Positions 63,188-64,000 of a DNA stretch of 64,000 nt are shown one piece after another. The notes beneath the pieces are model-generated. The model saw only the letters and a list, made by a program, of their open reading frames with translations, made no database searches and was not told where the DNA came from. The DNA comes from Lingula anatina (Eukaryota; Animalia; Brachiopoda): assembly GCA_051362555.1 (NCBI GenBank), contig CM120640.1, forward strand, positions 51,810,788 through 51,874,787. Reading direction: 5' to 3'. The position numbers were made by a program, and so were the translations under genes. Positions within the stretch are counted from its first letter, which is position 1, and each line of letters starts with the position of its first letter.

Positions 63188-64000
63188 TAGATTGCTCACA
63201 ATGGTGCAAGTATTATGTCTTCAATGATTAGTAAGTGTGTACATTATAGGCAATTGTGAAATTTCATCCAGAAAAACTTCTGGATTGAAATATCAAGTGA
63301 TGTTACATGCACCACTAAAAATTAAAAAAAAACAAAAAAAAACAAACAAACAAAAAAACAACTCATTGTCTGTGTCTTTCATATCCAGGCAAAACTTTAT
63401 AACAGAGTCAATCAAGACTTGCGTAATGTAATTTTACCACTGCACAGCTTTTATTATCTGTAATTAGGGCCCACCTACATTAATAAAACAATCCATCAAT
63501 GCATTATGTGCCCACGTAAATCAATCAGTTCCAGCAGCCACTGCATGCAGCTCACTCTCATCACTGTTAAACTCTTAAGAAACAGTTAGAACTCCTTTTG
63601 TGTACATATTGCCACAAACACATGTGATTAATATGACCTAATACATAAAAGGTGGCTATCTCTACTTTTTACTTTGTTGTAATTGCTAGATTATATCTTT
63701 TATGTCACAGAATCTTATTTGTTTTGAGCAAACCTTTGGGCTATACAATCTCTGGAATCCTGGAAATTTGAACAATTTTCCCCTTTGTCAACAAGGTAAT
63801 TCATATCCCTAATCCTTAAGAAAAATATGATGTATAAATCCATCTTTGGATCTAAATCTACATTTTTATTGTTACAAATAAAATATATCACCATGAGTCT
63901 CCAGCTCTATTATGTGGGTGACAAAAAATTAGAAATGCATACTAAAAACTGTCAACAGTTTTGGCCATGGAATACTTGGGTGATCAAGGAAAAAATGAAA

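Noticed and set aside
63523-63563. Possible box C/D snoRNA on the minus strand (TGATGA...CTGA) in the TTF2 intron
   Set aside because: The boxes are only ~30 nt apart, too short, and I recognised no rRNA guide.

Overview
Eukaryotic, intron-rich, AT-rich genomic DNA from an invertebrate animal. Gene content, Helentron/HINE repeats and mosaic CpG depletion suggest a lophotrochozoan, probably a mollusc (inference). I assembled spliced gene models by hand from GT-AG sites with consistent phases. Four tandem minus-strand membrane or surface genes are present: a MAM-domain mucin-stalk type I membrane protein (5878->2190), a DUF229 alkaline-phosphatase-superfamily protein (~11953->8438), an ExoU/VipD-like patatin phospholipase with an N-terminal acylation motif and an inserted EF-hand pair (22499->16593), and a claudin/PMP22-like tetraspan (36271->33741). 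A plus-strand LST2/ZFYVE28 (37338->46587) follows, then the last two exons of TTF2/lodestar on the minus strand. Between patatin and claudin lies a nest of decayed transposons (ISL2EU/Harbinger-type THAP element with a nested insertion, a LINE 3' end, a probable LTR). Several MITEs and Helentron-type HINEs occur, one carrying ~13 tandem 145-146 bp units rich in AGGTCA direct repeats. The best candidate for an undescribed system is the EF-hand patatin with perfect CRE and ARE motifs upstream. No database searches were possible, so all family calls rest on motif recognition.
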